Positions 9,745-19,794 of a stretch of DNA of 64,000 nucleotides are shown here, piece by piece. The stretch lies in assembly GCA_041398565.1 (NCBI GenBank), contig JAWKUN010000006.1, positions 67,828 through 131,827 on the forward strand. The letters run 5' to 3'. The stretch comes from Planctomycetota bacterium (GTDB taxonomy: Bacteria; Planctomycetota; UBA1135; UBA2386). The notes under the pieces are model-generated. The model saw only the letters and a program-made list of their open reading frames with translations, had not been told where the DNA came from and did not search any database. The position numbers were made by a program, and so were the translations under genes. Numbering within the stretch: position 1 is the stretch's first letter; each line of letters begins with the position of its first letter.

Positions 9745-11493
9745 ATGCGACACCTCACGATTCTGGGCCTGACGCTGCTGCCCGCCGCGGCCATCCCTTT
9801 CCTGTTCTCTCTGTCCACATCCAGCGGCTCCGTGGACTTCGTCGCCGACGCAGCACCTCCGACTGGGCCATCGGCCATGTCGGACACCTCGCGACGCACG
9901 GCCGTGCCAATCCGCCGCCTGCGGCCGGTCACGCTGACGTACTCGCTGCTCGGCGAGCTGCACGCCAACCCGCGCAGCGGCAAGCCGACGCGAGTCGGCC
10001 TGGCCGGCGCGATCGTGCTCGGCCTCACTCTCGATGCGGAGGGCATCGCATCGGTCGAGGCCGACTTCTCCGACCTCCAGGTGCTGTCGGTGCGCGAGAG
10101 CGGCGAGCCGCTGCCCGTCGACGAAGCCTTCGTGCAGGCCCTGCGATCACCGGTTCGCTCGCGCTGGGCACCGGACGCCGGCACGCAGGTGTGCGTACCG
10201 TCGAGAGACCGGCAGGTGGCGAGCGTGCAGCGAGCGGTGCTGGATGCGCTGGCGGGCGGCTTCGTGACCGGGCCGCGGATCACGGGCGAAGACGCGTTCG
10301 GCGCCTACGACGCAGAGATCGCCACGACCGGAGACGGGCATGGCGAGCGGCACAAGCTCGCCTACCGTCGCGACGCCACCCTCGGCGCGTGCCGGCCTCG
10401 CGGCAAGGCGGGCTATGTCCTCGACCCAACCGAAGGCTGGCCGCTCCGAGCCGAAGTCGACGAAAGCTGCGACATCGACGGCGACGCATGCGCCGGCACC
10501 TACACCGTGGTGCTCACCGCGACGCTGCGCGCGGTCGGTGGCCCGCCGCAGACGACCCCCGCCCCCGCTGGACCGGGCATTCACCGGTTGATCGTGGACC
10601 TGGCGGACCTGCTGGCCGCCCACGGTCTGGGCGCCGACGAGACGCGCCAGGCCTGGGAACGTCTCATCGCGGCCGTCGCCGGTGATCCCGCGCTCACCGA
10701 TGCGCTGCTGGCGCAGCTGCCCTTGTGTGCGGACACGACGCTCGCCAATCTGTTGCTCAGCGCGCTCGGAGCTGCGGGACACGAGCGGGCACAGTCCGCG
10801 CTGATCGCGACGCTGCGAGACGCACATCTGCCGCCGCAGGTTCGTGAGGGCGCCGCGGTGGCCATGGTGCAGATCCAGACGCCGAGCGACACGACGCTTG
10901 CGGAGCTACGTGCCGACGCCATGCGCGAGGTCGGCGACTGGAACGGTCCGGGCGGCGCGCGCTTGTTGGCGTGGGGCACCCTCGCCGGACGCTCCACCGA
11001 CACGGCGGCGCGGGTCGCCGAAATCCTGGCTCTGGACGAGCGCGCCCGCGCCCTGGGTGCCGAGGCGTTCTGGCTGGAGGCGCTGGGCAACACCGGCCAC
11101 CCATCGGCGCGGGATGCGATCTGTGCCAGGTTCGACGCAGCGGACCCGATGCTGCGGTTCGCTGCCGCCTCGGCGGCACGCAGCCAGCGCGATGCCGACA
11201 CGACCGCCCGCCTCGCCCGGCGCCTGTCGGTCGAATCGGAGTCCGAAGTCCGGCGCCAGCTCGTGGCCAGCCTGGCGGAGCGCGACGACCCCGCGGTGCA
11301 TGCCGGTCTGGAACTGGCGCTGCGCGACGAGGTCGAGGGCGTGCGCAGACAAGCGATTCTCGTCGCCGCGCGGTCGACACCCGAACGCGCCGCGCTGCTC
11401 CTCGCCCGCGCGGCGCAGAGCGATGTCTCGGCCGACCTGCGCGAGCTCGCCGCCCGGTTGCTGGCCGGGCTCGGTGGCCGCGCTGGTCCTTGA
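9745..11493 (+). CDS. Secreted or membrane-anchored protein with a vitellogenin/MTP-like N-terminal beta domain and helical (HEAT-like) domain
   Basis: GGAG RBS at about 9735; N-terminal hydrophobic segment; motifs ALRSP, SVQRAVLDAL, GEDAFGAY, LSALGAAGHERAQSAL, QTPS, LLAWGTL and LEALGNTGHP in the order seen in LPD_N/Vitellogenin_N; C-terminal HEAT-like repeats. Confidence 0.75.
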   Translation: MRHLTILGLTLLPAAAIPFLFSLSTSSGSVDFVADAAPPTGPSAMSDTSRRTAVPIRRLRPVTLTYSLLGELHANPRSGKPTRVGLAGAIVLGLTLDAEGIASVEADFSDLQVLSVRESGEPLPVDEAFVQALRSPVRSRWAPDAGTQVCVPSRDRQVASVQRAVLDALAGGFVTGPRITGEDAFGAYDAEIATTGDGHGERHKLAYRRDATLGACRPRGKAGYVLDPTEGWPLRAEVDESCDIDGDACAGTYTVVLTATLRAVGGPPQTTPAPAGPGIHRLIVDLADLLAAHGLGADETRQAWERLIAAVAGDPALTDALLAQLPLCADTTLANLLLSALGAAGHERAQSALIATLRDAHLPPQVREGAAVAMVQIQTPSDTTLAELRADAMREVGDWNGPGGARLLAWGTLAGRSTDTAARVAEILALDERARALGAEAFWLEALGNTGHPSARDAICARFDAADPMLRFAAASAARSQRDADTTARLARRLSVESESEVRRQLVASLAERDDPAVHAGLELALRDEVEGVRRQAILVAARSTPERAALLLARAAQSDVSADLRELAARLLAGLGGRAGP

Positions 11494-12239
11494 AGGCAGC
11501 GCGCCGGCCGCGATCAGATGCTTGGGTCGCCCGCTGTCGGTTCGAGGACGGCAGGCTCCTGGTGTCCGAGGCGGAGCGCATCACGCTGGTGAAGGCGTGG
11601 CCGGAACCGCCGGCGAAGAGGGTCGGTCACAGATCGTCACCGACCAGCACGCCCACCGACGCCGGGATCGACAGCGCGCTTCCTCCCTGTCCGAACATGA
11701 ATCGGTTGCCGTCGACGATGGAGTTGCGCAGCTTCCCTGATGCCGAACGGACGCAGGCGCCGGCCTGCACGCGCACGACGTTGCCGACCACCGAGTCGTT
11801 GACGTCGAGCTGCGGGGCGCCGCCGGTCCGTCAGCGAAACCCGGAATCCTGCAGATCGCAAACGCGCGTCAGCCTGCGGCCACTGGCATCGCGCTGGCAC
11901 GGTGGATGGCGCCGCTTGCCGTCGTCTTCGAGGCGTGCGCCACGCAGACCCCAGAGGCCGGTGCCTCACCCCACGCCACCGGCATCAAAGCTGGCGCGGC
12001 CGGAACCGCATGCCGATCGTCGTCATCGGCCACGGCGGTACCGGCATCGGCCACACGGCCCGAGACGCGCGACCTCCCGAAGCGATGGCGACCGAGTGGC
12101 TCCAGCAGCTACTGCGCCCGCGCCGGTTGGAGGTGCTGCAGCAGGTGACGCTCCCGGCGCCGCGCCGGATCGTGGTCGCTGGCTCTGCGCCGCCAAGGTG
12201 CGCACGGTCGCGCGAAGCTGCAGTTGGTGTCAGCGTCCC

Positions 12240-13181
12240 CTACCGCGGAGTTCGGGGGACCCTCCCCCCGAGCGCCTTGCATGCCGCTTCCAACCGCGTC
12301 TGAAACTCGGCAACGGTCCCGGTGCCGCGCACCCGTGCCGTTGCGGCCGGGTCGGAGTCCTTCTTGGCGTCGCGGTCGGGCGCGGGCTTGCGCCGCGTCT
12401 TCAGGAGGTTCTTGAACGCCGCCGCCACTTTCCTGCCCACAGCCGCTCGCGGCGCCTTCACACCGATCGCCTCGAAGCCCGCTGCCAACAAGTTCGCGCA
12501 ATCCGCGACATAGGCGGCAACTCGCTTGTGGTCACTGAGCAAGGTCCCGCTCGGTGCCGACTTGACTGGCTTGCGATCGAGCAACCTCTCCAGCGCCTCG
12601 TAGCTGGAGACCGCCCCTTGCATGGCACCCTCACTGCCGATGCGGACGAGCGCGCCCAACGCGGAGGGAACCGCGACGGCCGCCGGATCGCTCCCGGCGG
12701 CGAGCGCATCGACCAGAGCCGACGTGGTTTCGGTGAGCGCACCCTCGACGCGCTCGCCAGCGACGATCGACGCCAGGGCGCAGAGAGACGTCCAGTAATG
12801 CATGCCGCCGCGCACGACGGTCTGCTTGTCTGCAGCCCCGTCCGGCACGCGGATCTCGCCGGCGAACGCCTGCAGGTCCTTGGCCATGCGGGGGAGCTCG
12901 CGCGCCACTGCTTCGCGCACGATCTCGAGATCCAGCTCAGCGGCGCATTCGATGACGACCACTCGGGTCAGGAACCACTCGTGCTCGAACGCTTCGACGA
13001 TCTGGCGCGTGGCGTCTCGGCATTCGAGTTCGCCGGCGACGAGCTTGGCCTGCAGCCAACGCACCTTGCCGGCCGCCTGATCCGCTGGCAGATCGCGCAT
13101 GCGCTCGGCGGTGGCTTGGGCAGCGAGGGACGTGGCCAAGACCGAGGCGGCGAGGACGAGGGTTGGGGAGCAATGGCGCAT
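12240..13181 (-). CDS. Secreted alpha-helical hypothetical protein
   Basis: Signal peptide MRHCSPTLVLAASVLATSLAAQ; coding-like composition; lies downstream of the tandem kinases on the same strand. Confidence 0.6.
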   Translation of the reverse strand: MRHCSPTLVLAASVLATSLAAQATAERMRDLPADQAAGKVRWLQAKLVAGELECRDATRQIVEAFEHEWFLTRVVVIECAAELDLEIVREAVARELPRMAKDLQAFAGEIRVPDGAADKQTVVRGGMHYWTSLCALASIVAGERVEGALTETTSALVDALAAGSDPAAVAVPSALGALVRIGSEGAMQGAVSSYEALERLLDRKPVKSAPSGTLLSDHKRVAAYVADCANLLAAGFEAIGVKAPRAAVGRKVAAAFKNLLKTRRKPAPDRDAKKDSDPAATARVRGTGTVAEFQTRLEAACKALGGRVPRTPR

Positions 13182-13248
13182 CCCACTGTGAATACTGTCT
13201 CGGGTATCACCGTGCACGACTTCCTCCGGCAACCGTCCAGCCTCGCCG

Positions 13249-16200
13249 TCAGCGCGTGAGCGTGCGTGCAGCACGCACGCCAGTGGTCTGCAACCGCGCC
13301 GACCGCGGATTGCTGGCACGCCAAGACGAGCGTGCGTAGCGCGCGAGGCCGTCATAGCACCCGCCACGCACCACGAGGCGGTCGAAGTCGGCAGGATCGC
13401 CGCGACGACCGTCGCCCGCACGGGGATCGAGCACACCGCGAGTATCCCCTTCGTCCGTCCACTCGAGCACGTTGCCGTGCGTGTCGAAGAGACCGAACGC
13501 GTTCGGCGCGAAGCTCCCCACGGGCGCATGCGCGACGAAGCCGTCGGTCCACGCCTCGCAGATCCAGGCCGGTGCGAGTCGCTTCGCGGTCGCGTCGCCG
13601 ACGTTCGCATGTCGAGGTAGCTGCTCGAACGGGCAGAACCAGGGGGTCGTCGTGCCAGCGCGGCAGCCGTACTCCCACTGGGCCTCCGACGGCAGGCGCA
13701 TGCCGTGGCGCGACAACCAGAGGTCGGCATCCGCGCCGGCCACCATCTCGACTGGGTTCGTCCATTGGACGCGGACGCGCCCGTTCGATTCACCCGGCGT
13801 CGAACCCGGCTTGAAGAAGCTCGGCTCGGTCCCGGCGAGCCGCCGCCACTGCGCTTTCGTGATCTCGTGCCGCGCCAAGAAGAACGGCTCGAGCCGGACC
13901 TGGTGGGCGGTCTCGTTGCCCTCGGCCATGGGGTCGTAGTCTGGGTGCCCAGCGTCGTGGCTCTGCGGCCCCATGCGAAAACTGCCGCCGGGCAGGAGTA
14001 CGAAGACGATCCCGGTCTCGTCGGTCACATCGATGTGCCCGGCGCGATCGCCATCCCTATGGTGCTCGGGGATCGGAATCCCAGCCGGATCACTTTCGCC
14101 ATCCCACGCCGAGCGCAGCTCATAGAACTCCCAGAGCCTCGTGACCGGATTCATCCCGATCGGCACGAGGCCGGTCTGCGGCACGAGGTCGATGCCAAGC
14201 CCCCGGTAGAGTGTGCTCGCGACGATTCCGTCAGCCGTGGCGATCGCTGCGCGTGCTTGCTCCCACGTCGCGCGCGCGCGGGGATGCGCACGTGTGAGGC
14301 CGCCTATCTGCGCGGCCCACTCGATGCGGACTTGGACGTCGCGGTACTCGCTCTCCTCGAGCGTGGCAAGCCTGCCCGACAGGTCGCTCAGCGCATCGTG
14401 GAGGAACTGCTGCGGCTGGTCCGCGAGCCTGAACGTGCGGCGCACGTCGATCACACGATCCAGATCCTCGATCTCGCCGCGCAGCGCGCGTAGTGCGACT
14501 TCCCCGGCTTCGCCCGCGGCCGATGCAATGTCCCGCCGCAGCGTCTCGAGATAGCCGGAATACTCCGCCCTCAGCTCTTCTGGCACGATCTCCTGCACGA
14601 CCTCGCTCTGCCTGACAGCCTCGGCATCGTTGCCGTTCGCGAACCAAGCCCAAGCCAGCGTGTCGCCGAGAGCAGCACGGCGAGCCGCCGGGAGGCCTGC
14701 CGACGCCTCCCAAGCGAGCTTCGCGAGCGTCAGGCCGCGTGCCTCCATGCCGTGGGTGCGGCGCGAGTGGTCCGGGTCGACCCAAGGCCACGCCAGCAGG
14801 CCGAGCTGGTCGATCGTGAGAAGATGATCCTCGGCGGTGGGCTCGGGGACGACGAGCTGCACCTGCCCGGTGCGGATCGCGTGGGCGCGCTCGAGCGACG
14901 TCAGCTTCGCGCGCAGCTTCTGCCACTTCCCGTACTCGGGATGCGTACGCCGATCGTGCTCGAGCTCGGCGGGCGTCGCGGGCTCCGCCCGACGGCGCAG
15001 GTCCGTCACCGTGCGCTCGATCATCGCCCGCTTGCCGAGCAACGCGTCGACCTCCGCGGTCCAGGCGCGCATCGGCGCGAGCTGCGCCGGCCACGCCGGA
15101 TACAGCGACTTCTCGCTCTCCATCGCCCGCTCGTACTCCACCACCCCAGACAGCTGGGCGAACTCCCGCACACGCGCAGCCTCACGCTTCTGGGCGCGGC
15201 TCGCCGCACTTGCCTGCTGGCGGGCATCCAGCCAGAAACGCGTCGCCAGACCCAGCCCCACCACCAACGCCACAAGCACCGCGCACGCCGCCGCGATCCG
15301 ACCCCGGTAGCGCTGCACGAGCTTCCTCAGCCGATACGCCGCTGTCGGCGGACCCGCCACCACCGGCTCGCAAGAAAGGTAGCGACCGATGTCATCGCCG
15401 AGCGCCGAGGCCGTGTCGTAACGACGGTTGCGGTCCTTCTCCAGCGCCCGCATCACGATCCAATCGAGGTCTCCTCGCAGCCGCCGCTCGAGACCGTGCA
15501 CGCTCGTCTTGCGCCGCTGCGCGGCACGCGTCGTGTCCGCCCCCTTGCTCCTGAGCCGCGTGCTCGGCTTCGGCGGCGTCTCCTCGCGGATCTTCTTGTG
15601 GATCGCGTGCAAGCCCGCACGCCGAAGCTCCTCCGACCCGAACGGCAACTGACCCACGAGCAATTCGTACAGAAGCACACCCAGCGAATACACGTCCGTG
15701 CGCGTGTCGATGTCCTGCGCCGACATCTCCGCCTGCTCCGGCGACATGTACTCCGGCGTCCCCAGCAGCATGCCCTGCTCCGTGAACAACGTCGCCGCGA
15801 TCAGACGGTGGTCGGTCGCACGCGCGATGCCGAAGTCGATGATCTTCGGACCCGCCTCGCCCTGCGCCACGGTCACCAGCACGTTGGACGGCTTGAGGTC
15901 TCGGTGGATGACACCCTTCTGGTGGGCGTGCTGCACCCCCGCGCAGACCTTCCTGAACAGCGACAGGCGCTCGTCGACCGACAGCTCGTGCCGATCGCAG
16001 TGCTCCGTGATCGGCACGCCAGGTACGTGCTCCATCGCGAAGTAAGGCTGCCCGCGCTCCGTCGTGCCGGCGTCGAACACCTTCGCGATGCAGTCGTGGT
16101 TCATCAGCGCCAGCGCCTGCCGCTCCGCCTGGAACCGCGCCAGCACCTGCTTGCTGTCCATCCCCAGCTTGATGACCTTGAGCGCCACCCGACGCTGCAC

Positions 16201-16494
16201 CGGCTGGCGTTGCTCGGCCAGGTACACCGTGCCCATCCCGCCTTCGCCGAGCGTCTCCAGAATCCGATACGGCCCGATCGTCTCCGGCCGCACCTCCGCA
16301 CTCCCAGCCATCAGGCCCAAGCGTGACAGCTGCGCCAGGTGCGCGCGCAGTGCCCGCGCGTGCGCCGCGTGCGCTGCCAAGATCCGCTCGACTTCGCTCT
16401 CGTCGCGACGCACAGCCGCCTCGACCACCCGCGTCAGCAGACCCTCGGGCACCGCTTCACCCGTAGGTTCCGGCAGCGTCGGGTCGATCTCCAT
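13249..16494 (-). CDS. Ser/Thr protein kinase with one TM helix and a C-terminal FGE-sulfatase (SUMF1-like, C-type lectin fold) domain, copy 1
   Basis: Kinase motifs LGEGGMGTVY, VALK, HRDLKPSN, DFG and GTPEYMSPE; TM segment IAAACAVLVALVVGLGLA; FGE motifs PGGSFRMG, RLPSEAQWEYGCRAG, PNAFGLFDTHGNVLEW and RGG. Confidence 0.95.
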   Translation of the reverse strand: MEIDPTLPEPTGEAVPEGLLTRVVEAAVRRDESEVERILAAHAAHARALRAHLAQLSRLGLMAGSAEVRPETIGPYRILETLGEGGMGTVYLAEQRQPVQRRVALKVIKLGMDSKQVLARFQAERQALALMNHDCIAKVFDAGTTERGQPYFAMEHVPGVPITEHCDRHELSVDERLSLFRKVCAGVQHAHQKGVIHRDLKPSNVLVTVAQGEAGPKIIDFGIARATDHRLIAATLFTEQGMLLGTPEYMSPEQAEMSAQDIDTRTDVYSLGVLLYELLVGQLPFGSEELRRAGLHAIHKKIREETPPKPSTRLRSKGADTTRAAQRRKTSVHGLERRLRGDLDWIVMRALEKDRNRRYDTASALGDDIGRYLSCEPVVAGPPTAAYRLRKLVQRYRGRIAAACAVLVALVVGLGLATRFWLDARQQASAASRAQKREAARVREFAQLSGVVEYERAMESEKSLYPAWPAQLAPMRAWTAEVDALLGKRAMIERTVTDLRRRAEPATPAELEHDRRTHPEYGKWQKLRAKLTSLERAHAIRTGQVQLVVPEPTAEDHLLTIDQLGLLAWPWVDPDHSRRTHGMEARGLTLAKLAWEASAGLPAARRAALGDTLAWAWFANGNDAEAVRQSEVVQEIVPEELRAEYSGYLETLRRDIASAAGEAGEVALRALRGEIEDLDRVIDVRRTFRLADQPQQFLHDALSDLSGRLATLEESEYRDVQVRIEWAAQIGGLTRAHPRARATWEQARAAIATADGIVASTLYRGLGIDLVPQTGLVPIGMNPVTRLWEFYELRSAWDGESDPAGIPIPEHHRDGDRAGHIDVTDETGIVFVLLPGGSFRMGPQSHDAGHPDYDPMAEGNETAHQVRLEPFFLARHEITKAQWRRLAGTEPSFFKPGSTPGESNGRVRVQWTNPVEMVAGADADLWLSRHGMRLPSEAQWEYGCRAGTTTPWFCPFEQLPRHANVGDATAKRLAPAWICEAWTDGFVAHAPVGSFAPNAFGLFDTHGNVLEWTDEGDTRGVLDPRAGDGRRGDPADFDRLVVRGGCYDGLARYARSSWRASNPRSARLQTTGVRAARTLTR

Positions 16495-16532
16495 GCGCCG
16501 CCAGTGTCGCCGCCCGAGCCTCCCGTGTCACG
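14828..16532. repeat. Direct repeat unit A (1.7 kb): promoter, kinase and TM half of kinase copy 1
   Basis: Nearly identical to 18128-19832 at an exact offset of 3300 bp, with scattered SNPs. Confidence 0.95.
16503..16531 (-). promoter_or_regulatory. Sigma70-like promoter GTGACA-N17-GACACT, probably giving a leaderless or near-leaderless mRNA for kinase copy 1
   Basis: 17-bp spacer; ATG lies 8 nt after the -10 box; no Shine-Dalgarno; retained in both repeat units, and the duplication ends just beyond the -35 box. Confidence 0.5.
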
Positions 16533-16551
16533 TACGGTGGTGGTGCGCCCC

Positions 16552-19500
16552 TCAGTGAAGCAGCGCGCGGGCAGCGCGCGCGCCGGTGATTTGGAGTCGG
16601 ATCGACGGCAGCGTGCTGCCACGATAGGACGACCGCGCATACCGCGCCGGGCCGTCGTACGAGCCGCCGCGGTAGAGCCGACGAAGGGACTCGGTCGCGT
16701 CGCCGTAGCCACCGTCGCCGTCGCGTGGTTCCCGCGTGCCCCGGAAGTCGCCATCGCTCGTCCACTCGGACACGTTGCCGTGCACGTCGAACAGACCGAA
16801 CCCGTTGGGGGCGAAGCTGCCCACCGGGGCGTGCACGGCGTAGCCATCGGTCCACTCTTCGCAAATCCAGTCGGGGGCGGCGAGCCTCGCCGTCGCGTCG
16901 GCGACGTTCGCGAAGCGCGGTAGATCCTCGAACGCACACGACCACGGCGTCGTCGTGCCCGCTCGGCAGCCGTACTCCCATTGCGCCTCCGAGGGCAAAC
17001 GCATGCCGTGACGGGACAGCCAGAGGTCAGCCTCTGTCCAGGTGATGCCTTCGACCGGATTCGTCAGCTGGATCACGACACCTCGACTCGATTGACGGAA
17101 CAAGGTACCCGCCGCGTGCAAACTCGGATCGGTGCCGGTGAGCCGGCGCCACTGCGCCTTCGTGATCTCGTGCCGTGCGAGGAAGAACGGCGCGAGTTCG
17201 ATGCGATGCACGGTCTCCGTGTCTTCGGCCAGCGCGTCGTAGTCCGGATGTTCTTCGTCTCGGGTCTGCGGCCCCATGCGGAAGCTCCCGCCCGGCAACA
17301 GCACGAGCACGATCCCGGCTTCGTCGGTGACTTCGATGTGCCCAGCGCGCTCCTCGTCGGTGGTGAACTCGGGAATCGGGATCGCGGCCGGGTCGCTGTC
17401 GCCATCCCACGCCGAGTGCAACTCGTAGAACTCCCAGAGCTTGGTGGCCGGATTCATGCCGATCGGCACGAGGCCGGTTTGTGGCGCGAGGTCGATATCG
17501 CGCCCACGGTACAGCGTGCTCGCGACGACCCCGTCGGCGAGGGCGATCGCCGCGCGCGCCCGTTCCCAAGTCACACGCGCGCGAGGATGCGCGCGGGTCA
17601 GCTCGTCGATCCGCGCCGCCCACGCGATGCGCCGTTCGACGCGGCGACGCACGCCGTCGAGCGAGTCGAGTCTGCCGAGCGCCTCGTGCAGGGCGTCGTG
17701 CAGGAACTGCTGCGATTCGTCGTCGAGACGATAGGTCCTGCGAGCCGCGAGCCGGAGCTCGATCGCAGCGACTTCCTGCCGCAGCGTTTCGATGGTTGCG
17801 GTCCCTCGTTCGCCGGCCGCGAGCTCGACCGCCTCTCGCAACGAAGCGCGAACCTCGGTGTACCGCGCCCGCTCGGCTTCCGGGGCGAGTGCAACGGTCG
17901 ATTCGATCTGCGCGATGGCCTCGGCATCCTTCCCGTTCGCGAACCATGCCCAGGCGAGTGTCGCGCCCACGGACGCGCGCTCCCCCGCGTCGAGAGCCAT
18001 GGCCTTCTCCCAGCCAAGCCGCGCGGCCATCAGACCGCGGGCCTCCTCACCGGCGATCCGCCGATCGTGGTCACGATCGACACGGGCCCAGCCGAACCAG
18101 TTCAAGTGCAGCACCGTCCGCTCGCGGTCCTCGGCGGTGGGCTGGGGGACGACGAGCTGCACCTGCCCGGTGCGGATCGCGTGGGCGCGCTCGAGCGACG
18201 CCAGCTTCGCGCGCAGCTTCTGCCACTTCCCGTACTCGGGATGCGTACGCCGATCGTGCTCGAGCTCGGCGGGCGTCGCAGGCTCCGCCCGACGGCGCAG
18301 GTCCGTCACCGTGCGCTCGATCATCGCCCGCTTGCCGAGCAACGCGTCGACCTCCGCGGTCCAGGCGCGCATCGGCGCGAGCTGCGCCGGCCACGCCGGA
18401 TACAGCGACTTCTCGCTCTCCATCGCCCGCTCGTACTCCACCACCCCTGACAGCTGGGCGAACTCCCGCACACGCGCAGCCTCACGCTTCTGGGCGCGGC
18501 TCGCCGCACTTGCCTGCTGGCGCGCATCCAGCCAGAAACGCGTCGCCAGACCCAGCCCCACCACCAACGCTACAAGCACCGCGCACGCCGCCGCGATCCG
18601 ACCCCGGTAGCGCTGCACGAGCTTCCTCAGCCGATACGCCGCTGTCGGCGGACCCGCCACCACCGGCTCGCAAGAAAGGTAGCGACCGATGTCATCGCCG
18701 AGCGCCGAGGCCGTGTCGTAACGACGGTTGCGGTCCTTCTCCAGCGCCCGCATCACGATCCAATCGAGGTCTCCTCGCAGCCGCCGCTCGAGACCGTGCA
18801 CGCTCGTCTTGCGCCGCTGCGCGGCACGCGTCGTGTCCGCCCCCTTGCTCCTGAGCCGCGTGCTCGGCTTCGGCGGCGTCTCCTCGCGGATCTTCTTGTG
18901 GATCGCGTGCAAGCCCGCACGCCGAAGCTCCTCCGACCCGAACGGCAACTGACCCACGAGCAACTCGTACAGAAGCACACCCAGCGAGTACACGTCCGTG
19001 CGCGTGTCGATGTCCTGCGCCGACATCTCCGCCTGCTCCGGCGACATGTACTCCGGCGTCCCCAGCAGCATCCCCTGCTCCGTGAACAACGTCGCCGCGA
19101 TCAGACGGTGGTCGGTCGCACGCGCGATGCCGAAGTCGATGATCTTCGGACCCGCCTCGCCCTGCGCCACCGTCACCAGCACGTTGGACGGCTTGAGGTC
19201 TCGGTGGATGACACCCTTCTGGTGGGCGTGCTGCACCCCCGCGCAAACCTTCTTGAACAGCGACAGGCGCTCGTCGACCGACAGCTCGTGCCGATCGCAG
19301 TGCTCCGTGATCGGCACGCCAGGTACGTGCTCCATCGCGAAGTACGGCTGCCCGCGCTCCGTCGTGCCGGCGTCGAACACCTTGGCGATGCAGTCGTGGT
19401 TCATCAGCGCCAGCGCCTGCCGCTCCGCCTGGAACCGCGCCAGAACCTGCTTGCTGTCCATCCCCAGCTTGATGACCTTGAGCGCCACCCGACGCTGCAC

Positions 19501-19794
19501 CGGCTCGCGTTGCTCGGCCAGGTAGACCGTGCCCATCCCGCCTTCGCCGAGCGTCTCCAGAATCCGATACGGCCCGATCGTCTCCGGCCGCACCTCCGCA
19601 CTCCCCGCCATCAGGCCCAAGCGTGACAGCTGCGCCAGGTGCGCGCGCAGTGCCCGCGCGTGCCCTGCGTGCGCTGCCAAGATCCGCTCGACTTCACCCT
19701 CGTCGCGACGCACCGCCGCCTCGACCACCCGCGTCAGCAGACCCTCGGGCACCGCTTCACCCGTAGGGTCCGGCAGCGTCGGGTCGATCTCCAT
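16552..19794 (-). CDS. Ser/Thr protein kinase with one TM helix and a C-terminal FGE-sulfatase domain, copy 2
   Basis: Same motifs as copy 1; the first ~555 aa are almost identical and the C-terminal half is divergent. Confidence 0.95.
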   Translation of the reverse strand: MEIDPTLPDPTGEAVPEGLLTRVVEAAVRRDEGEVERILAAHAGHARALRAHLAQLSRLGLMAGSAEVRPETIGPYRILETLGEGGMGTVYLAEQREPVQRRVALKVIKLGMDSKQVLARFQAERQALALMNHDCIAKVFDAGTTERGQPYFAMEHVPGVPITEHCDRHELSVDERLSLFKKVCAGVQHAHQKGVIHRDLKPSNVLVTVAQGEAGPKIIDFGIARATDHRLIAATLFTEQGMLLGTPEYMSPEQAEMSAQDIDTRTDVYSLGVLLYELLVGQLPFGSEELRRAGLHAIHKKIREETPPKPSTRLRSKGADTTRAAQRRKTSVHGLERRLRGDLDWIVMRALEKDRNRRYDTASALGDDIGRYLSCEPVVAGPPTAAYRLRKLVQRYRGRIAAACAVLVALVVGLGLATRFWLDARQQASAASRAQKREAARVREFAQLSGVVEYERAMESEKSLYPAWPAQLAPMRAWTAEVDALLGKRAMIERTVTDLRRRAEPATPAELEHDRRTHPEYGKWQKLRAKLASLERAHAIRTGQVQLVVPQPTAEDRERTVLHLNWFGWARVDRDHDRRIAGEEARGLMAARLGWEKAMALDAGERASVGATLAWAWFANGKDAEAIAQIESTVALAPEAERARYTEVRASLREAVELAAGERGTATIETLRQEVAAIELRLAARRTYRLDDESQQFLHDALHEALGRLDSLDGVRRRVERRIAWAARIDELTRAHPRARVTWERARAAIALADGVVASTLYRGRDIDLAPQTGLVPIGMNPATKLWEFYELHSAWDGDSDPAAIPIPEFTTDEERAGHIEVTDEAGIVLVLLPGGSFRMGPQTRDEEHPDYDALAEDTETVHRIELAPFFLARHEITKAQWRRLTGTDPSLHAAGTLFRQSSRGVVIQLTNPVEGITWTEADLWLSRHGMRLPSEAQWEYGCRAGTTTPWSCAFEDLPRFANVADATARLAAPDWICEEWTDGYAVHAPVGSFAPNGFGLFDVHGNVSEWTSDGDFRGTREPRDGDGGYGDATESLRRLYRGGSYDGPARYARSSYRGSTLPSIRLQITGARAARALLH

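Noticed and set aside
13249..14100. FGE domains as active formylglycine-generating enzymes
   Set aside because: The catalytic Cys pair after RGGS is absent (RGGCYDG and RGGSYDG), so a ligand-binding role is more plausible.
13249..16700. Diversity-generating retroelement acting on the FGE (C-type lectin fold) C-termini
   Set aside because: The 3' ends of the two genes differ at many synonymous positions and at all base types, not only at template adenines. No template repeat or reverse transcriptase is visible in the window. Remote targeting cannot be fully excluded.
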